Positions 39,063 through 53,800 of a stretch of DNA of 64,000 bases are shown here, piece by piece (position 1 is the stretch's first letter; each line of letters opens with the position of its first letter). The notes below the pieces were generated by a model, which was not told the DNA's origin, made no database searches, and saw nothing but the letters and a program-made list of their open reading frames with translations. The stretch is taken from the NCBI RefSeq assembly GCF_009914755.1, contig NC_060934.1. One strand, given 5' to 3'. Source of the DNA: the human T2T-CHM13v2.0 reference genome, Homo sapiens. The position numbers and the translations under genes were made by a program.

Positions 39063-39397
39063 GAAAGTGAAAATATGAAAAAAGACATTCCAAGCAAAAA
39101 GTAATCAAAAGAGAGCCAGAATGGCTATATTAATATTAGAGAAAATAGACTTTAGGACAAAAATTGTTACTAGAGACAAAGAAGGATATTTTATAATGAT
39201 TAAAGGGCTAATCAACAAGATATAACAATTACAAACAAATATATACCTAACAACAGAGTCCCAAAATTCAAGAAGCAAAAACTGATAGAATTGAAGGAAG
39301 AAATAAGACAATTCAACAAAAATAGTTGGGGAATTCAATAGCCCCACTTTCAATAATGAACAAAAACTCTAGACAGTAGGTCAGTTAAAAAAAAATC

Positions 39398-41310
39398 GCT
39401 CCCTCTCCCTCTCCCTCTCCCTCTCTCTCCCTCTCGCTCTCGCTCTCCGTCTCCCTCTTTCTACCGTCTCCCTCTCTTGCAGAGCCTGGACTGTACTGCC
39501 ATGATCTCGGCTCGCTGCAACCTCCCTGCCTTGGGCTCCGGTGATTCTCCTGCCTCGGCCTGCCAAGTGCCTGGGATTCCAGGCACGCGCCGCCACTCTT
39601 GACTGGTTTTTGTATTTTTGGTGCAGACAGGGTTTCGCTGTGTTGACCGGGCTGGTTTCCAGCTCCTGGCCTCGGGTGATCTGCCCACCTCGGTCTCCCG
39701 AGGTGCTGGGATTGCAGATGGAGTCTCGCTCACTCATTGCTCAATGTTGCCCAGGCTGGAGTGCAGTGGCGTGATCTCGGCTCACTACAAGCTCCACCTC
39801 CCAGCCGCCTGCCTTGGCCTCCCAAAGTGCTAAGATTACAGCCTCTGCCCGCCCGCCACCCCGTCTAGGAAGTGAGCAGCGTCTCTGCCTGGCCGCCCAT
39901 CGTCTGGGATGTGAGGAGCCCCTCTGCCCGCCCGACCCATCTGGGAAGTGAGGAGTGCCTCTGCCCGGCCGCCACCCCGTCTAGAAAGTGAGGAGCGTCT
40001 CTGCCTGGCCGCCCATCGTCTGGGATGTGAGGAGCGCCTCGGCCTGGCCGCCCCGTCTGGGAGGAAGTGAGGAGCGCCTCTGCCTGGCCGCCCCCGTCTG
40101 GGAAGTGAGGAGTGCTTCTGCCCGGCCGCCACCCTGTCTAGGAAGTGAGAAGTGTCTCTGCCTGGCTGCCCATCGTCTGGGATGTGAGGAGCCCCTCTTC
40201 CTGGCCGCCCCGTCTGGGAAGTGAGGAGCGCCTCTGCCCGGCCGCCCCATCTGGGAAGTGGGCGCCTCTGCCCAGCTGCCCCGTCCAGGAGGTGAGGGGA
40301 GTCTCTGCCTGGCCACCCCGCCTGGGAAGTGAGGGGCGTCTCTGCCCGGCCACCCCGCCTGGGAAGTGAGGGGCGTCTTTACCCGGCCGCCACCCCATCT
40401 GGGAAGTGAGGAGCGCCTCTGCCCGGCCGCCCCGCCTGGGAAGTGGGTGCCTCTGCCCGGCTGCCCCGTCTGGGAGGTGAGGGGCGCCTCTGCCTGGCCG
40501 CTGCCCCATCTGGGAGGTGAGGGGCGTCTCTGCCTGGCTGCCCTGCCTGGGAAGTGAGGAGCGCCTCTGCCCGGCCGCTCTTCGTCTGGGAGGTGGGGAG
40601 CACCTCTGCCCAGCCGCCCCATCTGGGAAGTGGGTGCCTCTGCCCGGCCGCCCCATCTGGGAGGTGAGGGGCGTCTCTGCCTGGCCGCCCTGTCTGGGAG
40701 GTGAGGAGCACCTCTGCCCGGCCACCCAGCCTGGGAAGTGAGGAGCGCCTCTGCCAGGCCGCCCCGTCTGGGAAGTGTACCCAACAGCTCCGAAGAGACA
40801 GCGACCATCGAGAATGGGCCATGATGACGATGGTGGTTTTGTTGAAAAGAAAAGGGGGAAATGTGGGGAAAAGAAAGAGAGATCAGATTGTTACTGTGTC
40901 TGTGTAGAAAGAAGTAGACATAGGAGACTCCATTTTGTTCTGTACTAAGAAAAGTTCTTCTGCCTTGGGATGCTGTTAATCTATAACCTTACCCCCAACC
41001 CCCTGCTCTCTGAAACATGTGCTGTGTCAACTCAGGGTTAAATGGATTAAGGGTGGTGCAAGATGTGCTTTGTTAAACAGATGCTTGAAGACAGCATGCT
41101 CGTTAAGAGTCATCACCGTTCCCTAATCTCAAGTACCCAGGGACACAAACAGGGCCGAAGGCCGCAGGGACCTCTGCCTAGGAAAACCAGAGACCTTTGT
41201 TCTCGTGTTTATCTGCTGACCTTCTCTCCACTATTATCCTATGACCCTGCCACATCCCCCTCTCTGAGAAACACCCAAGAATGATCAATAAATACTAAAA
41301 ATAAAAAAAT
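39398..41310 (+). mobile_element. Full-length SVA retrotransposon (older subfamily, SVA_B-like)
   Basis: (CCCTCT)n head about 39399-39456, antisense Alu-like domain about 39457-39840, GC-rich VNTR about 39841-40775, SINE-R about 40776-41295, AATAAA 41287-41292, A tail; TSD TTAAAAAAAAATC at 39385-39397 and 41311-41323. Confidence 0.96.
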
Positions 41311-44300
41311 TTAAAAAAAAATCAGAAGACTTGAACAACACTTTAAGCCAACTAGACCTAACAGACATCGACAGAACACTCCACTTAACAACAACAGAAC
41401 ACATACTCTTCTCAAGTGCACAGGAAATATTCTCCAGAATAGACCTTATGTTAGGCCATAAAGCAAATCTCAATAAATTTAAAAGGACTGAAATTATACA
41501 AAGTATGTTCTGTGACCACAATAAAATAACAGAAGTCAACGGCAAAAACAATCTGGGAAATTTACAAATATGTGGAAATTACACAACATATTCTTAAATA
41601 ACCAATGGAAAAAGAAGAAACCACAAGGGAATTCTCAAATTTACTTAAGTAAAAATACTATGAAATAAATGGACATGAAAACATAACATGCCAAACTTAC
41701 GGAATACAGCAAAAGCAGTGCTGAGTTTAAAAATATATATATAAAACTATAAATGTCCACATTAAAAAACAGAAAGTTCTCAAATCAACAACCTAACATT
41801 CCACCTTGAGAAACTAGGAAAAGAGAAGCAAATTAAATTAACAAATAACAGAAGAAGAAAATACTAGAGTGAAAGTAAATGAAATAGAGAGTAAAAAAAA
41901 ATTGAGAAAGTTAATGAAAAACCAAAAATGGGTTCTTTGAAAAATAAAACTGACAAACTTCTAACTACACTGAACAAGAAAAAAATAGAGAGAAGACTCA
42001 AATTAGTAAAATCAGAGAGGATATTACCACCAGCTTTACAGAAATAAAAAGCACTATAAGGGAATACTATGAACAGCTGTTTGCCAAGAAATTAGATAAA
42101 CTAGATGAAATGGGAAAATTCCTAGAGAAACACAAACTCTCAGACTGAAACTTAGGTCAGAATAAACCTATAACAAGATATTGAATTAGTAATCAAAAAA
42201 CTTCTTGCCCACAAAGAAAAGCCCAGGGCCAAAGTCACTGGTGAATTCTGCCAAACACTTAAAGAATTAACACCAATCCCTTACAATGTCCTTCAAAAAA
42301 TAGAATACAAAGCACTAACCAATTCATTCCATGAGGTCACTATTGCCTTAATACTCAAACTAGGAAACAAAATCACAAGGAAAAAAACTATAAACCAATA
42401 TAAACCATCCATAAATGTAGATGCAAAACTCCTCAACAAAATATTAGCAAATCAGATCCAGCAGCATATTTTGTAAGTATTCATCATGACTAAGCCGTAC
42501 GTATTCAAGGAATGTAAGGTTAGATCAACATACAAAGATCAATGTAATATACCATATCCATAGACCACATAATCATCACAATAGATGCAGAAAAATCATT
42601 TAATAAAATCCAACATCCTTTGAAGATTTAAAAAAATGCTCAACAAACAAGCAACTGAAGGGAACTTCATCAATCCAATAAAGGATATCTGTGAAAAATC
42701 CAGAACATCACAGTTAATTGTAGAAGACCAAAAGCTTTCCTCCTAAGATCAAAAACAAAACAAATATGTCTGCTCTTGCCTCTTCTATTTAACATTGCTC
42801 TGGAGGTTCTGGCCTGGGCAATTGGATAAGAAAAAGATATAAAAGACACCCATATTGAAAAGAAGAAGTAAAACTATCTCTATTTGCAGATGATCTCATA
42901 TATAGGAAGTCCTAAGAAATACACATACACACACAGACACACACACTATTAGAACTAATAAATAAATTCAGCAAGGCTATAGGATACAAGATCAATATAT
43001 GAAAATCAATTGTAATTCTATATGGTAGTAATGAACAATCTGAAAATAAAATTAAGAAAACAATTCAATTCGTAATAGCATCAAAGAGAATAAAATAATT
43101 ATAAATTTAACAAAAGTATAAGACTTGTACACTAAAAACTACAAAACATAGTTGGGAGAAATTAATGTAGACTTAAATAAGTGGAAGGACATCCCATGTT
43201 CATGGATTGTAAGACAATATTCTTCAGATGGCAATACTCCCCAAATTGACCTACAGATTCAATGCAATCCCTATCAAAATTCTAGCTGGCTTTTGTTGTT
43301 GTTGTTGCACAAATTGACAAGCTGTTCCTAAAATTCGTGTGAAAATGAAAGGGACCTGGAACAACCAAAACAGTCTTGAAAAAGAAGTACAAAGTTGGAG
43401 GACTCACATTTCCTGACTTCAAAACTTACTACAAAGCTACAGTAACTAAGACTGTGTGGTAATGGCATAAAAATAGACCTATAAATCAACAGAATAAAGG
43501 TGAGAGTCCAGAAATAAACCCACACCTCCATGGTCACTCAATTTTTGTCCAGAGTGTCATAATAATCTAATGGGGAAAGAATACTCTCTTCAACAAATAG
43601 TGCTGGGACAAGCAGATAGCCTCAAACAAAGGAACACATTTGGATTTGTACCTCGTACCACATATAAAAATGAATTCCAATGGATCAAAGACATAAATGC
43701 AAGACCTAAAACTATAAAACTCTTAGAAGAAAACAAGTGTAAATCTTTGTGACCTTGCATTAGGCAATAGTTTCGTAAATATGACACCAAAAGCATGTGC
43801 AGTCAAATTTTAAAAGAGATAAATTGGACTTGATCCAATTTGAAAAACTTGTGCTTCAAAGGACACTATCAAGAAGAAATGGGAAACACTACCCTCAGAA
43901 TGGGAGAAAATATTTGCATGCCATATATGTTATAGGGTCTAGTATCCAGAATATATGAAGAACTCTTACAATTCAATGATAAAAAGATAGCCCAGTTAAA
44001 AACGGGCAAAGGCCCTCATGGACATTTCTCTAAAGAAGATGTACAAATGGCCAATAGGCACATTAAAATTTCTCAAAATTATTAGTTATTAGGATTTCAA
44101 ATGCAAATCAAAACCACAAGGAGACACTATCTACTGGGGTGGATATAATAGAAAAGACAGTAATAACAAGTGTTACTGAGGATGCTGAGAAACTGAAACT
44201 CTCATACTTTGCTGGTAAGGATGTAAAATTGTGCAATCTATTCAGAAAATGATCTGGTATAGTTCCTTAAATTGTTAAACAGAGTTATCATAGGACCCAA

Positions 44301-44687
44301 CAATTCCGCTCCTTGTATTCCACAAAATATTTAAAAACCTCTGTCCACACAAAAACTTGTGCACAAATGTTCACAGCAGCATTCTTCATATTAGCCACAA
44401 AGTGGAAACAACCCAAATATCCATTAACTAATGAGTGTGGTTTATCCATATGATGGAATATTACACAGCAATAAGAAGGAATGAAATACCAACATGCTAC
44501 AACACTGAAGAACTTGAGAACAGTATGCTAAGAGAAGGAAATCTGACAAAAAAAGGCCATGTTGCATGATTCCACTTATTCAAATATCCAGAATAGGCAA
44601 ATTCATAGAGTCATAAAATAGATTAGTGGTTACCAGAGGCTGGTGGGTTGGGGAAGGGGCAGTTTGAGGGATAATTAAGAAGTTCTG

Positions 44688-45345
<658 letters not shown>

Positions 45346-45424
45346 CTAAATCATGCACTTTAAAAGGGTAAAATTTAAGTTATGTGAATTATATATTTCA
45401 ATTTCTTAGAAGAAAAGATGACGA

Positions 45425-45660
45425 TGACCAACATCCCACTACCAGGACAGCACTCGATGACCCTCACAGGCACCACAATCTAACAGGTGAGAATGGTCTC
45501 ACTGCAGGCTTAATTTGTATTTTGTTCATTATGAATGACAGTGAGCTAATAAGGCATTTTTTTTTCTTGAATGGTGTGTTTGGGGTTTCCCCTTTATTCA
45601 ACTAGTCTGTAGATTTTTTTCTTATTCATTTTTCTTTGGCCTGAGTTTAAGGCTAGGTAA
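45425..45660 (-). mobile_element. Ancient L1 (L1ME-like) fragment, right part
   Basis: CAATCTAACAGGTGAGAATGGTCTCACTG...TTAATTTGTATTT antisense L1 motifs, apparently continuing 35920-36275. Confidence 0.5.
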
Positions 45661-45664
45661 TGGT

Positions 45665-46100
45665 ATTCATTCATCCAATAACTGTATCTTGAGGGCTTAG
45701 GGTTGCCTCGCCCTGTTCTAGGCAGTGGAATATGGTCATAAACATGACCCACAGAGTCCTGGGCCTCATGAAGCATAAATGGTCAAGGGGAGACACAAAT
45801 ACTAATACTAAACAGGGAAACACACACCAGCCGGCAACAAGTGCTGTGGAAAAAACTAGAGCAGGTGGGGAGAGCCAGGAGTGGATGGGGGCTCTGTTGG
45901 TGATAATATGGGCCAGCTGGAGAAGGCTCCTCAGATGAGGTGACTTCTCACCCACATGAAGCAATCCACGTAGGGAAGAACTGACCCCAGAGGAAACAGA
46001 CACTCCAGGCAACAGAGGAAAGCATAAAAAGCAATTGTAAGGGAGAGAGACCTGGTCACCTGTGTCCATCTGAGGAGCAGGACGCCATGGCTGAGAATCA
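45665..46100 (-). mobile_element. L2 LINE 3' fragment
   Basis: ATTCATTCATCCAATAA...CTGTTCTAGGCAGTGGAATA...CCTCATGAAGC. Confidence 0.6.
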
Positions 46101-47394
46101 ACCAGACTCTAAGAACAGTAGCCAAGACCTGTAGCCATCTCCTCACTGCCCCACACCCACACCACTGCCAGCTCCCACCTGCTGCTGTGCTACCCACTTC
46201 CCACGTCTGACCATCTGTATGTCCATCCTCCCTGGTAAGCCCTCATCCAAGTGGCCATCCACTCTCCAATGCAGGGTTGCAGGGCCCCCACTCCACCCCA
46301 GCTAACCATGCTCTTCTGAGTCAGGGTCCTGGGGGAAGGGGGTTCTGTTGGCCTCAGCTTCTGAAAGCACTTCCGTGGCTCCAAGAAGGAAGACAGTGCT
46401 GGTGATTTGGCCAGCAAGGCCCAGCCTCACCCTCTCTCCCCATTGCTGTCGGCTGGCTCTGCTCCCCCAGGCACACAGCGGTGCAGGGTCCTGCCCAGGC
46501 CAGCTGACATCACTGCCAAGATGGGACTGAAATGTCAGTGTCTGCACACAGCTCGGGCCAGCAAGGCATCCTGGACCCTGGCTGGCCCTGGGGCTTCCTG
46601 TTCCCCTTGCCTGCCAAGCAGGGCCAACTCTGTGTCCCTCAGAAGGAGCCAGCTGGGAAGGCCTGTGGTCAGGAGGAGGTGGGCCCCAGAGTGTCCCCCA
46701 ATCCTCAGAGTCCAAAACAGAGGATGTTCCTGCCCCCACCACCGGCCCCCACGCCAGGAAGCTGCTGCAGCCACCAGGGTCTGATGCTGCCTAATCAGGG
46801 AAGGTGCTCCTGCAGGGACTTTCACGTGTGTTTAAAAGCAAGATTTAAAAGCAAGATTATTCAGTGCTCTCCCTCGGGGAAAGTCCCCTGGGGAGAGGGC
46901 ACAGTGCTCACAGCAGGTTCCAGCGGCCAGGGCAAGCACACCACCTCTGTGTCTCCCACCGAGGGAGCTGGCAAAAGCCCTTCACCTTTCTGAACTTCAG
47001 TTTCCACTTCTAGAAAATGTGGTGAATGCCATGCACCTGAAGGACCGGTGCAGCTCCCTGCGAGGCACCTTCTCTGGCACTGTGTACCCTTGGCCAATGC
47101 GCAGTCTCGGAGCTATGGAGGAGCGCTGCCTGGGAGCCAGCTGCCCGGACACTGGTTTCACTACAGCTGGGGAGAGGAGGGCCACCTGGAATGGGGGAAT
47201 GGGGAGAGCACCTGTCATGGACACACCTGAGCAGCTATGACGGTTTCCCTGTCGGGGGACGCAGAGACCACCTCCCAGGTCCATATGCCATCACCAGCCA
47301 TAGGACACAGTCGTCCCAGCTGACCCAGGACAGTGCCAATTCCGCCTGTTGCTTGACATAAGTCACTCTCAGAAAGTGCCCCACCCCACCCAAG

Positions 47395-47530
47395 ACGACT
47401 GCTAGAAACAGATTCCTGGGCTCCGCCCCCAGGCCGAGTGAATCAGAGTCTGGGGGTGTGGCTCTGAGGTTGGAATCTTCTGCCAGCTCAGTGGGAGACC
47501 CCAGCACACAGCCAGACTTGAGAAGCCCCA
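47395..47530. mobile_element. MER5-like DNA transposon remnant
   Basis: CAGATTCCTGGGCTCCGCCCCCAGGCCGAGTGAATCAGAGTCTGGGGGTG...TTGAGAA. Confidence 0.6.
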
Positions 47531-50254
47531 AGTGTGGGGTGTGCCGAAGGGGAAGGGGGGGGTCAGGCACCCTAGAGGGTTCCTTCCATGCTCCATTCCA
47601 CAGAGGCTCCTTGCTTACATCTGCCCCTCACCTAGCCCCAAGGTCAGGTCAAATGTCAAAAGCACATGAGGGGCATTGTGGCTCCGCTGTTTTCCCACCT
47701 GTCACCTGGTCAATGGCGGCTTCCCAGCTGGAAGGGGCAGAGAGGGCTGGAGGCTTGGGAGTGGTGGTCCTGGGGAACAAGGCTCAATGGACCCAGGCAC
47801 TGACCCGCAACCCTGCTGAAGCCAGAGACACCTGGGTGGAGGTGGAGACGTGCAGGCAGGAGCTGCCCAGGGCCAGGCAGAGGCTCCAGCAGCGAGCCTC
47901 ACAGCTGAAGGGAATGTGTGAGGAGGGGCCTGGGCCTTGCTCTAGGGAGCACCTCTGAGGCTGCAGGGCGTGGAAGGAAGTGCCTATTCCCTGATGGAGG
48001 CCGGGAAGGTGCCAGAAACCCAGAAATCCAACAGGAAGGGCTGCAGGAAGAGGCCTGCTCTGCTGGCTGGGCCCTGATGGCACTCTTCTGCAACCCAACC
48101 TCTGAGACTCAGTTTTCCTTCCTGCCGCAGTCCCAGCATGCAGCACTGATCAGCCAGCGGCAGCCACCTGGGGCCCTCATGAAAAGCACCCTGTGGGTTC
48201 GGCACCAGGTCCCTAATATCCCCCCAATATGAGGACTGTGTGCTTCCCATCTGCACCCCGCTGCTGCCTGAAGCGTCTTGTGGGGCCCCTCACCGTGCTA
48301 GGATTTGCACCTCAGCTGGAGTCCCCTAGGAGGCACAAAGGCTGGAGCAGGAACAGTGTGGCTTCCAGAACACACTCACGCATGCCCAGGAAAGAAAAAG
48401 CCACACAGATTGATTTACTGCTTCTGCTTTGCCACTGAGCACAAGGTGTCAGTGTGCATGATGGACGCCAGCCGCTGTGAAAATTGAGATGTCAGCCCAG
48501 AGCCCACAGCCCACACCACCTCACCTCCAGACGCAGTCAGGGGTGGCACAGTCCTGTTAATTGCGAGCCCTGAGCAGACTGCGAAACGTGCTTGTTGAGC
48601 GCTACCTGGGGAGCTCACCCTGTCCAGACGGTTGGGAATCCACACTCTCTGGCTCACGGGACACCTCTGCTTCTGCCTCCCTGTGCACAGCCACCCCTCC
48701 AGGACTGTGAGGGGGACCAGGCCTTCGTCTGGCCCAGCACTGGTGTGGACCAGACCCCTGACCCTCACAAGTACCAGTTCTCTCCTTGCTGTTGTCAGGT
48801 TCGGAAGGGACAGGTGAAGGTGCTGTGCCACAGGGAGTCTCCCCAACAAGACGGACCCCTGGTGATGCAGGAGCAGGCAGACAGGGAGGCCCTGCTGGAT
48901 GGTAGCGGCACCCTGAGGACACACAGGGTGGTGTCGAGCTCCCACCTGGCCCTGGCCATGAGGAGTGTTGTCAGAGGGTGAGGACGCAGAGGGCACCTGT
49001 CGCCATTGATGCTGGGATGACCAAGGACAGTGCCTGGGGCAGGCCCCCAGAAGCAGAGGGGGCTTGGGGGAATAGAGGGCTGACCCAGGCACTCCTGTGT
49101 GTGCACGGTACTGCCACCCACCCACATGGGTGTGCATACACAGGCACACTCCACATCGTGGACACATCTTTAGTTTCAAGGGTGTCAGCAGGTGGGACAC
49201 AGAGCAGTGCACCCCAGAAGGAGCAGACAGACCAGCACACCCACCTCTCCACAGCCAGGACTAGGTGGGCAGGGGAACCAGGCCAGGAGTCAAGGGCCTG
49301 GCCAGGCACTTGGAGTTGGAAGGCAGGGAGGAAGGGGTGGGCTACGGGGCTGCGGGACAGGCCGGGGCTCGGCATCCAGCAGCTCTTTCTAGTAGGCAGG
49401 CCTGCCTGGGAAGGAAGGGCAGGGCATTAATGGGTAGTCAGTGACTCTGTCTTCCAAACCCAACTGCCTGGCCAGGCCCTTGACTTCTGCTTAGCCATGG
49501 ACTCCCAGGAAGGGAGGGGACCTGACTGTGAGGCAGACACAGTGCACTTTCTTTTCTGAAGGTCTGATTTCCCCTCACATGTCCTAAGCTCAGGGGCTTT
49601 TTAGCACAGACAGAGGACCCGGTTTCAGGGCTCGGCTGCCAAACTCACCTGACTCCCACTGGCAATAGAGCCCCTCCACAGAGGCTTGCAGGCTCCCTCT
49701 GCTGCACACCCAGTGATTGGCTCGCGGCGGGAGGCAGCACCCGAGAGAGGACCCTGTGCCTCCTGCTCACCCTCGACACAGACCCACTGGGACTAACCGC
49801 TCCCCTGCACCCTGGCACTCATCGTCCGCACCCCACTGGAACCCACAATCTGCTGCCAACAACCCCAGCTCTCCTCACAGAGCACTGCACCCCACGCCTT
49901 CAGGACCAGCGAGTTCAAAGGAGCCCATCGTGGGCAAACCCCCATGGTCTCCTCTGTCCATGCCCCAGACAAAGGGGCTGTGCACACCCAGCCCAGGGAG
50001 GGCCCACAGGCGGGGGTGCCCCCACACACTTCCACGCCCACCGTAGCAAGGCCACCTGCAGGAGGGGCCTGGCCAGGTCCAGCCTTCCTGACACCCACCC
50101 CACACCCCCCACCACCTCATCCTGATGTGTTCAGCGGGTGCCACAACCTCCAAACTACCCCGTGTGTGGATTTGAGGTCCTTGTAGCTCCCCAGACTGTA
50201 AACTCCCAAATCCCCGGGGAGGGCTGCCTTGCTCACCTCATGTGAGGGATTAGG

Positions 50255-50800
50255 CTCTCAAGACTGGGTATGGCCCCCAAATATGCCCACAGCCTGATCT
50301 CCAGAACCTGGGAATGTTCCCGTATTCGGCAAAAGGGACTCTGTAGGTGTAATTAGGCAGAGGCTCTTAAGGCTGCTGGGAGATTCTCCTGGGTGGGCCC
50401 ATTGTATTCACAAGTCCTTAAAGTTGAAGAATCTTTCCCCGCTGCAGTCAGAGAAAGTGTGAGGACAAGGCAGGGTCAGGGAGATGGTGGCGTCAGGGGA
50501 CCCAACACCTGTGGCTGGCTCGGAGATGTAGGGAGCCTCACACAAGGCCCAGAGGGGGCTCTAGGGGCCCTCAGGGGCCAACATCCCACAGGGGACGGGG
50601 ACCTCAAGGAATGAGATTCTACCAACAGACACCTGCGTGACCACGATTCTGCCTGGAGCCTCCGAAGAGGCAGGCCGGCCAGCGCCTTGACCTCAGCCCC
50701 TAAGACCCGACCCAGCCTCTGACCTACTGGCCGAGATAAGAAGCATGTGGTGCGGAAGCAGCTCCATCTGTGGGACTTTTTTGCAGCAGCAATAAGAGGC
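50255..50800 (+). mobile_element. MLT1 (D/E-like) MaLR solo LTR
   Basis: ATGGCCCCCAAATATGCCCAC...GGCAAAAGGGACTCTGTAGGTGTAATTA...TTTGCAGCAGCAATA. Confidence 0.75.
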
Positions 50801-53800
50801 AGGGGCAGCCCACCCTGCTTTGAGCACCAGCCGGCTGGCCACAGGCACAGACCACAGGGGCAGGACCCCTCTAGGGCTCACCCGGCAGTGCCCCTAAGCT
50901 GGGCCTGGGGCAGGCCTGCCTCCCCATGGGGTCTGGCACCATCCTCCCCACCCTCAGGCCCACAGAGGGCAGACGGAGACTCACATGCCAGGCCCAGTGC
51001 TCGGTGGATGGCCTCCCACCAGGGCTGTGCTCTGTGACCCCAGCTGTGCAAGGAAGTGGGCTGCAGGAAAATATCCCCTGCAGGAAACCCTGGAGCCAGG
51101 ACACTTCAGGGAGGGCGGGAGACAAACAGAGGGGGCCTTCAGGGTCCTCTTGGGAACTGCAATGTGCCAGTGGCACCAGGACAGCTGTGGGGCCATGGAG
51201 GGCTGCAAGGGGCCATGTAGGTAGACCCCCCCAGTGCTGGCGGCCTCCACTTGTTGCCCCCTTAGATCTGTGTGGTGGGGCACTGGCCCTCCTGCTGAGG
51301 GCACGGGTTTCCTAACAGGCACCTATCCTTCAAGCTCCTTGGGCCTGGCCCAGACCTTCCAGCCCTGTGGGCTGTGCTCTTCCTGCTGGTCCTGCCTGCC
51401 CTCTCCACCTCGGGCCTCACGGCTGCACCGCTAACCCCCGCCCCCGGACCTGGTCTACTGTTGCAGGGCCCGGAACTGACACCTTCACACTCAGGTCACA
51501 GCGCAGTGACACCCGGCCTCTGGGCCTCAGCTGCTGGCAGAAGGCTGGGTGGGGGCTAGGTGGGGGCTGGGAGTCCATAAGGCTGTGCTCCCTGAGCAAG
51601 TCTCTGTGGTCACAGGCAAGGATGGAAACCGCTGCTGTAGCTCAGAGGTAAAACGGGTCTCTGTGGGATGAGCTCCAAGCAGGGGTCCAAGCAGGGGCTC
51701 CTCCTAGGGTCCCCAGAATAATCCCTGACTAAAGGGAGGGAACAAAGGAGACAGTCCCTTTATGGCACACAAGCAATGACACCAGTGACTCCATTGGGTC
51801 TGACATTGGGACCTCCTTGTGTAGCTGGTAGCCCCAGGGCCCACTGGAGGCCCCTCTATCCCCGCACTCCTGACACACTCGGCTGGGAACACTGGGGACT
51901 TTCCTCCTGGGCAGAGGCTCCCCATTCCCAGGCATCTGGAGAGGAAACCGGGAAGTGTGGGGTTTCCAGCACCTCCGGGAAGCCCCAGCCACCACCTGGT
52001 CACTGCCTGGCAGAGTCCAGCCCCACCAGCCCAGCCCCTCCAGCCGGTGTCGGGCTTGGCTGCAGTGGGAATGCCCAGCAGGAAGGACAGCAGGATCCAG
52101 GAAATCTCCCAAAGTCACTATGCTGCACGGCCCCACCCAGGCCCCAGCGCCCTCCAGGCCCCTCACACCACCTAGGCCAAGCCGCCCAGCCCTGCCCGCC
52201 TAGGCTGCCCACTCAGCATCGCTCCTTCCTGCCCCACCCACTGCCATCTGGGCCTGGACGGCTCCAGGATATCCTGGACAGTGGGGCAGGCTGAGGTGAG
52301 AGAGCTGACCACTGTCCTGACCCAGCCCCAGGGCTGCACCCTCATCCAAAGGCTGGGGACAGCTGCCCCCACCTCCTCTTAGGCTGCAAGCTCTGGGGGC
52401 AGGCACACTCCTCACTCCTTGTCTCACAGCCCTGCCCAGAGCCTGCACCTGGAGCAGGACAGGAACATCACAGCTCTGCCATGTACCCTCTGCAGCCACC
52501 ACTCTGAGGAGGTGAGGAGTGTCACTGGCATTTCATAGCAGCACAGACTGAGGCCAGAAACCGGAAGTGTCTGTCCAAGGACACAGGACACTGGTCAGGG
52601 CCAGAGTTAAAACCAAAACCCAGACTCCCATGTCAGGGGAACCCTGGAGCCAGGGCTGGGGGTGCTGGGGTGGGAGTAGGCACAAGTGTTGGCTCAGGAC
52701 CACCAGGTGGTGGGTGTGTGGCCATTCCTGGGCACCTGTCACCCTTGGCTTCTCTGGGCTGGCTCCTGGCGCTGTCTGCCCACTGGCACCCCACTCCCCC
52801 AGAGGAGCACCAGTCTAGAGTGGGGGTGCAGTGTGGTCTGGGCTTCTCCGATGCCCTCCTTCCTCCCCTGGTTGCCAACAATGCTAAAGCTGCACGCCTG
52901 TGATCAGGGAGGCCCTCTCAGCTTGACTGCTCTCTCCTGCCCCCTAGAGCTACCATAGTGTTTAGACAGAGGCCATCCCCAGCCTAGGGGGAGCACTGTG
53001 CAGGAGGAGGCCCCCAGGGGACCCAGAGTGAACTGACTTTAGGGAGCCCATGCTAATGACTGTCCTGGCCACACTGTGCCCCACAAGCCACAGGTGGAGT
53101 GAGGATGCTGAGGGGGCCTGGAGCCAGGACAAGGCAAGCCAGGCGGGGGCAGGTGCGGCAGGTGCTGCTGGAGTCCCCCAACCCCTACCCAGAACACACA
53201 GCAGCCTGCATCCAGGCAGCCAGTGCGGAGCTTGGTTCTTGATCCGGCTGTGACTGGCTGTGTCCTCCCTGGACCATGTGCTCAGAGATGGGACAAGGGC
53301 TGAGCGGCTTGTCACAGGCAGAAAGAAGAACAGGAACAGGAACCTCAGGGAAAGAAAGGGCTGGTTGGGGGTGGAGGGGGTGGTGAATCAATAGCCAAGG
53401 GAGGTGGGTGAAGAAAGTGAGGTGCAGCAGGTCAAATACGCAGACCAGAGTGGCCTCTCCAGGATCCCTGCCCACATTGTAATGCATGGGCTACCTCTCT
53501 CGGCTTCCAGGGCACTGCACACTCAGTGCGACTCTGGACCTCAGCCGCTTCCCCCACACAGTCTCCCGTCCCTGGTTCTCTCCACGTTGGGGCTGAGGAT
53601 GTGTCTGGTGTGGACCAGCGCACACCACAGCCACAGAGCAGTGCCCCCACTCGCGCCATCTGCACACAGACACAGATGAGCCGTGAAGGTGGCATGAAAC
53701 CCCGGGCCTCTGTTCCCCAACTTTCTTGCCATTCCCTGGTTGCCGGCATGAGTCCATCTTGGGGCCCAGCTGTTTCCTCTACAACCGGAAACCCCCTTCC

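Noticed and set aside
39836-40907. Repetitive ORFs up to 275 aa, and a CRISPR-like repeat appearance
   Set aside because: All within the SVA VNTR; no unique spacers or cas genes, and the DNA is eukaryotic.
48415-49212. 265-aa minus-strand ORF and a plus-strand acceptor-like site near 48798
   Set aside because: No domain similarity and no consistent exon partner; such signals are common by chance.
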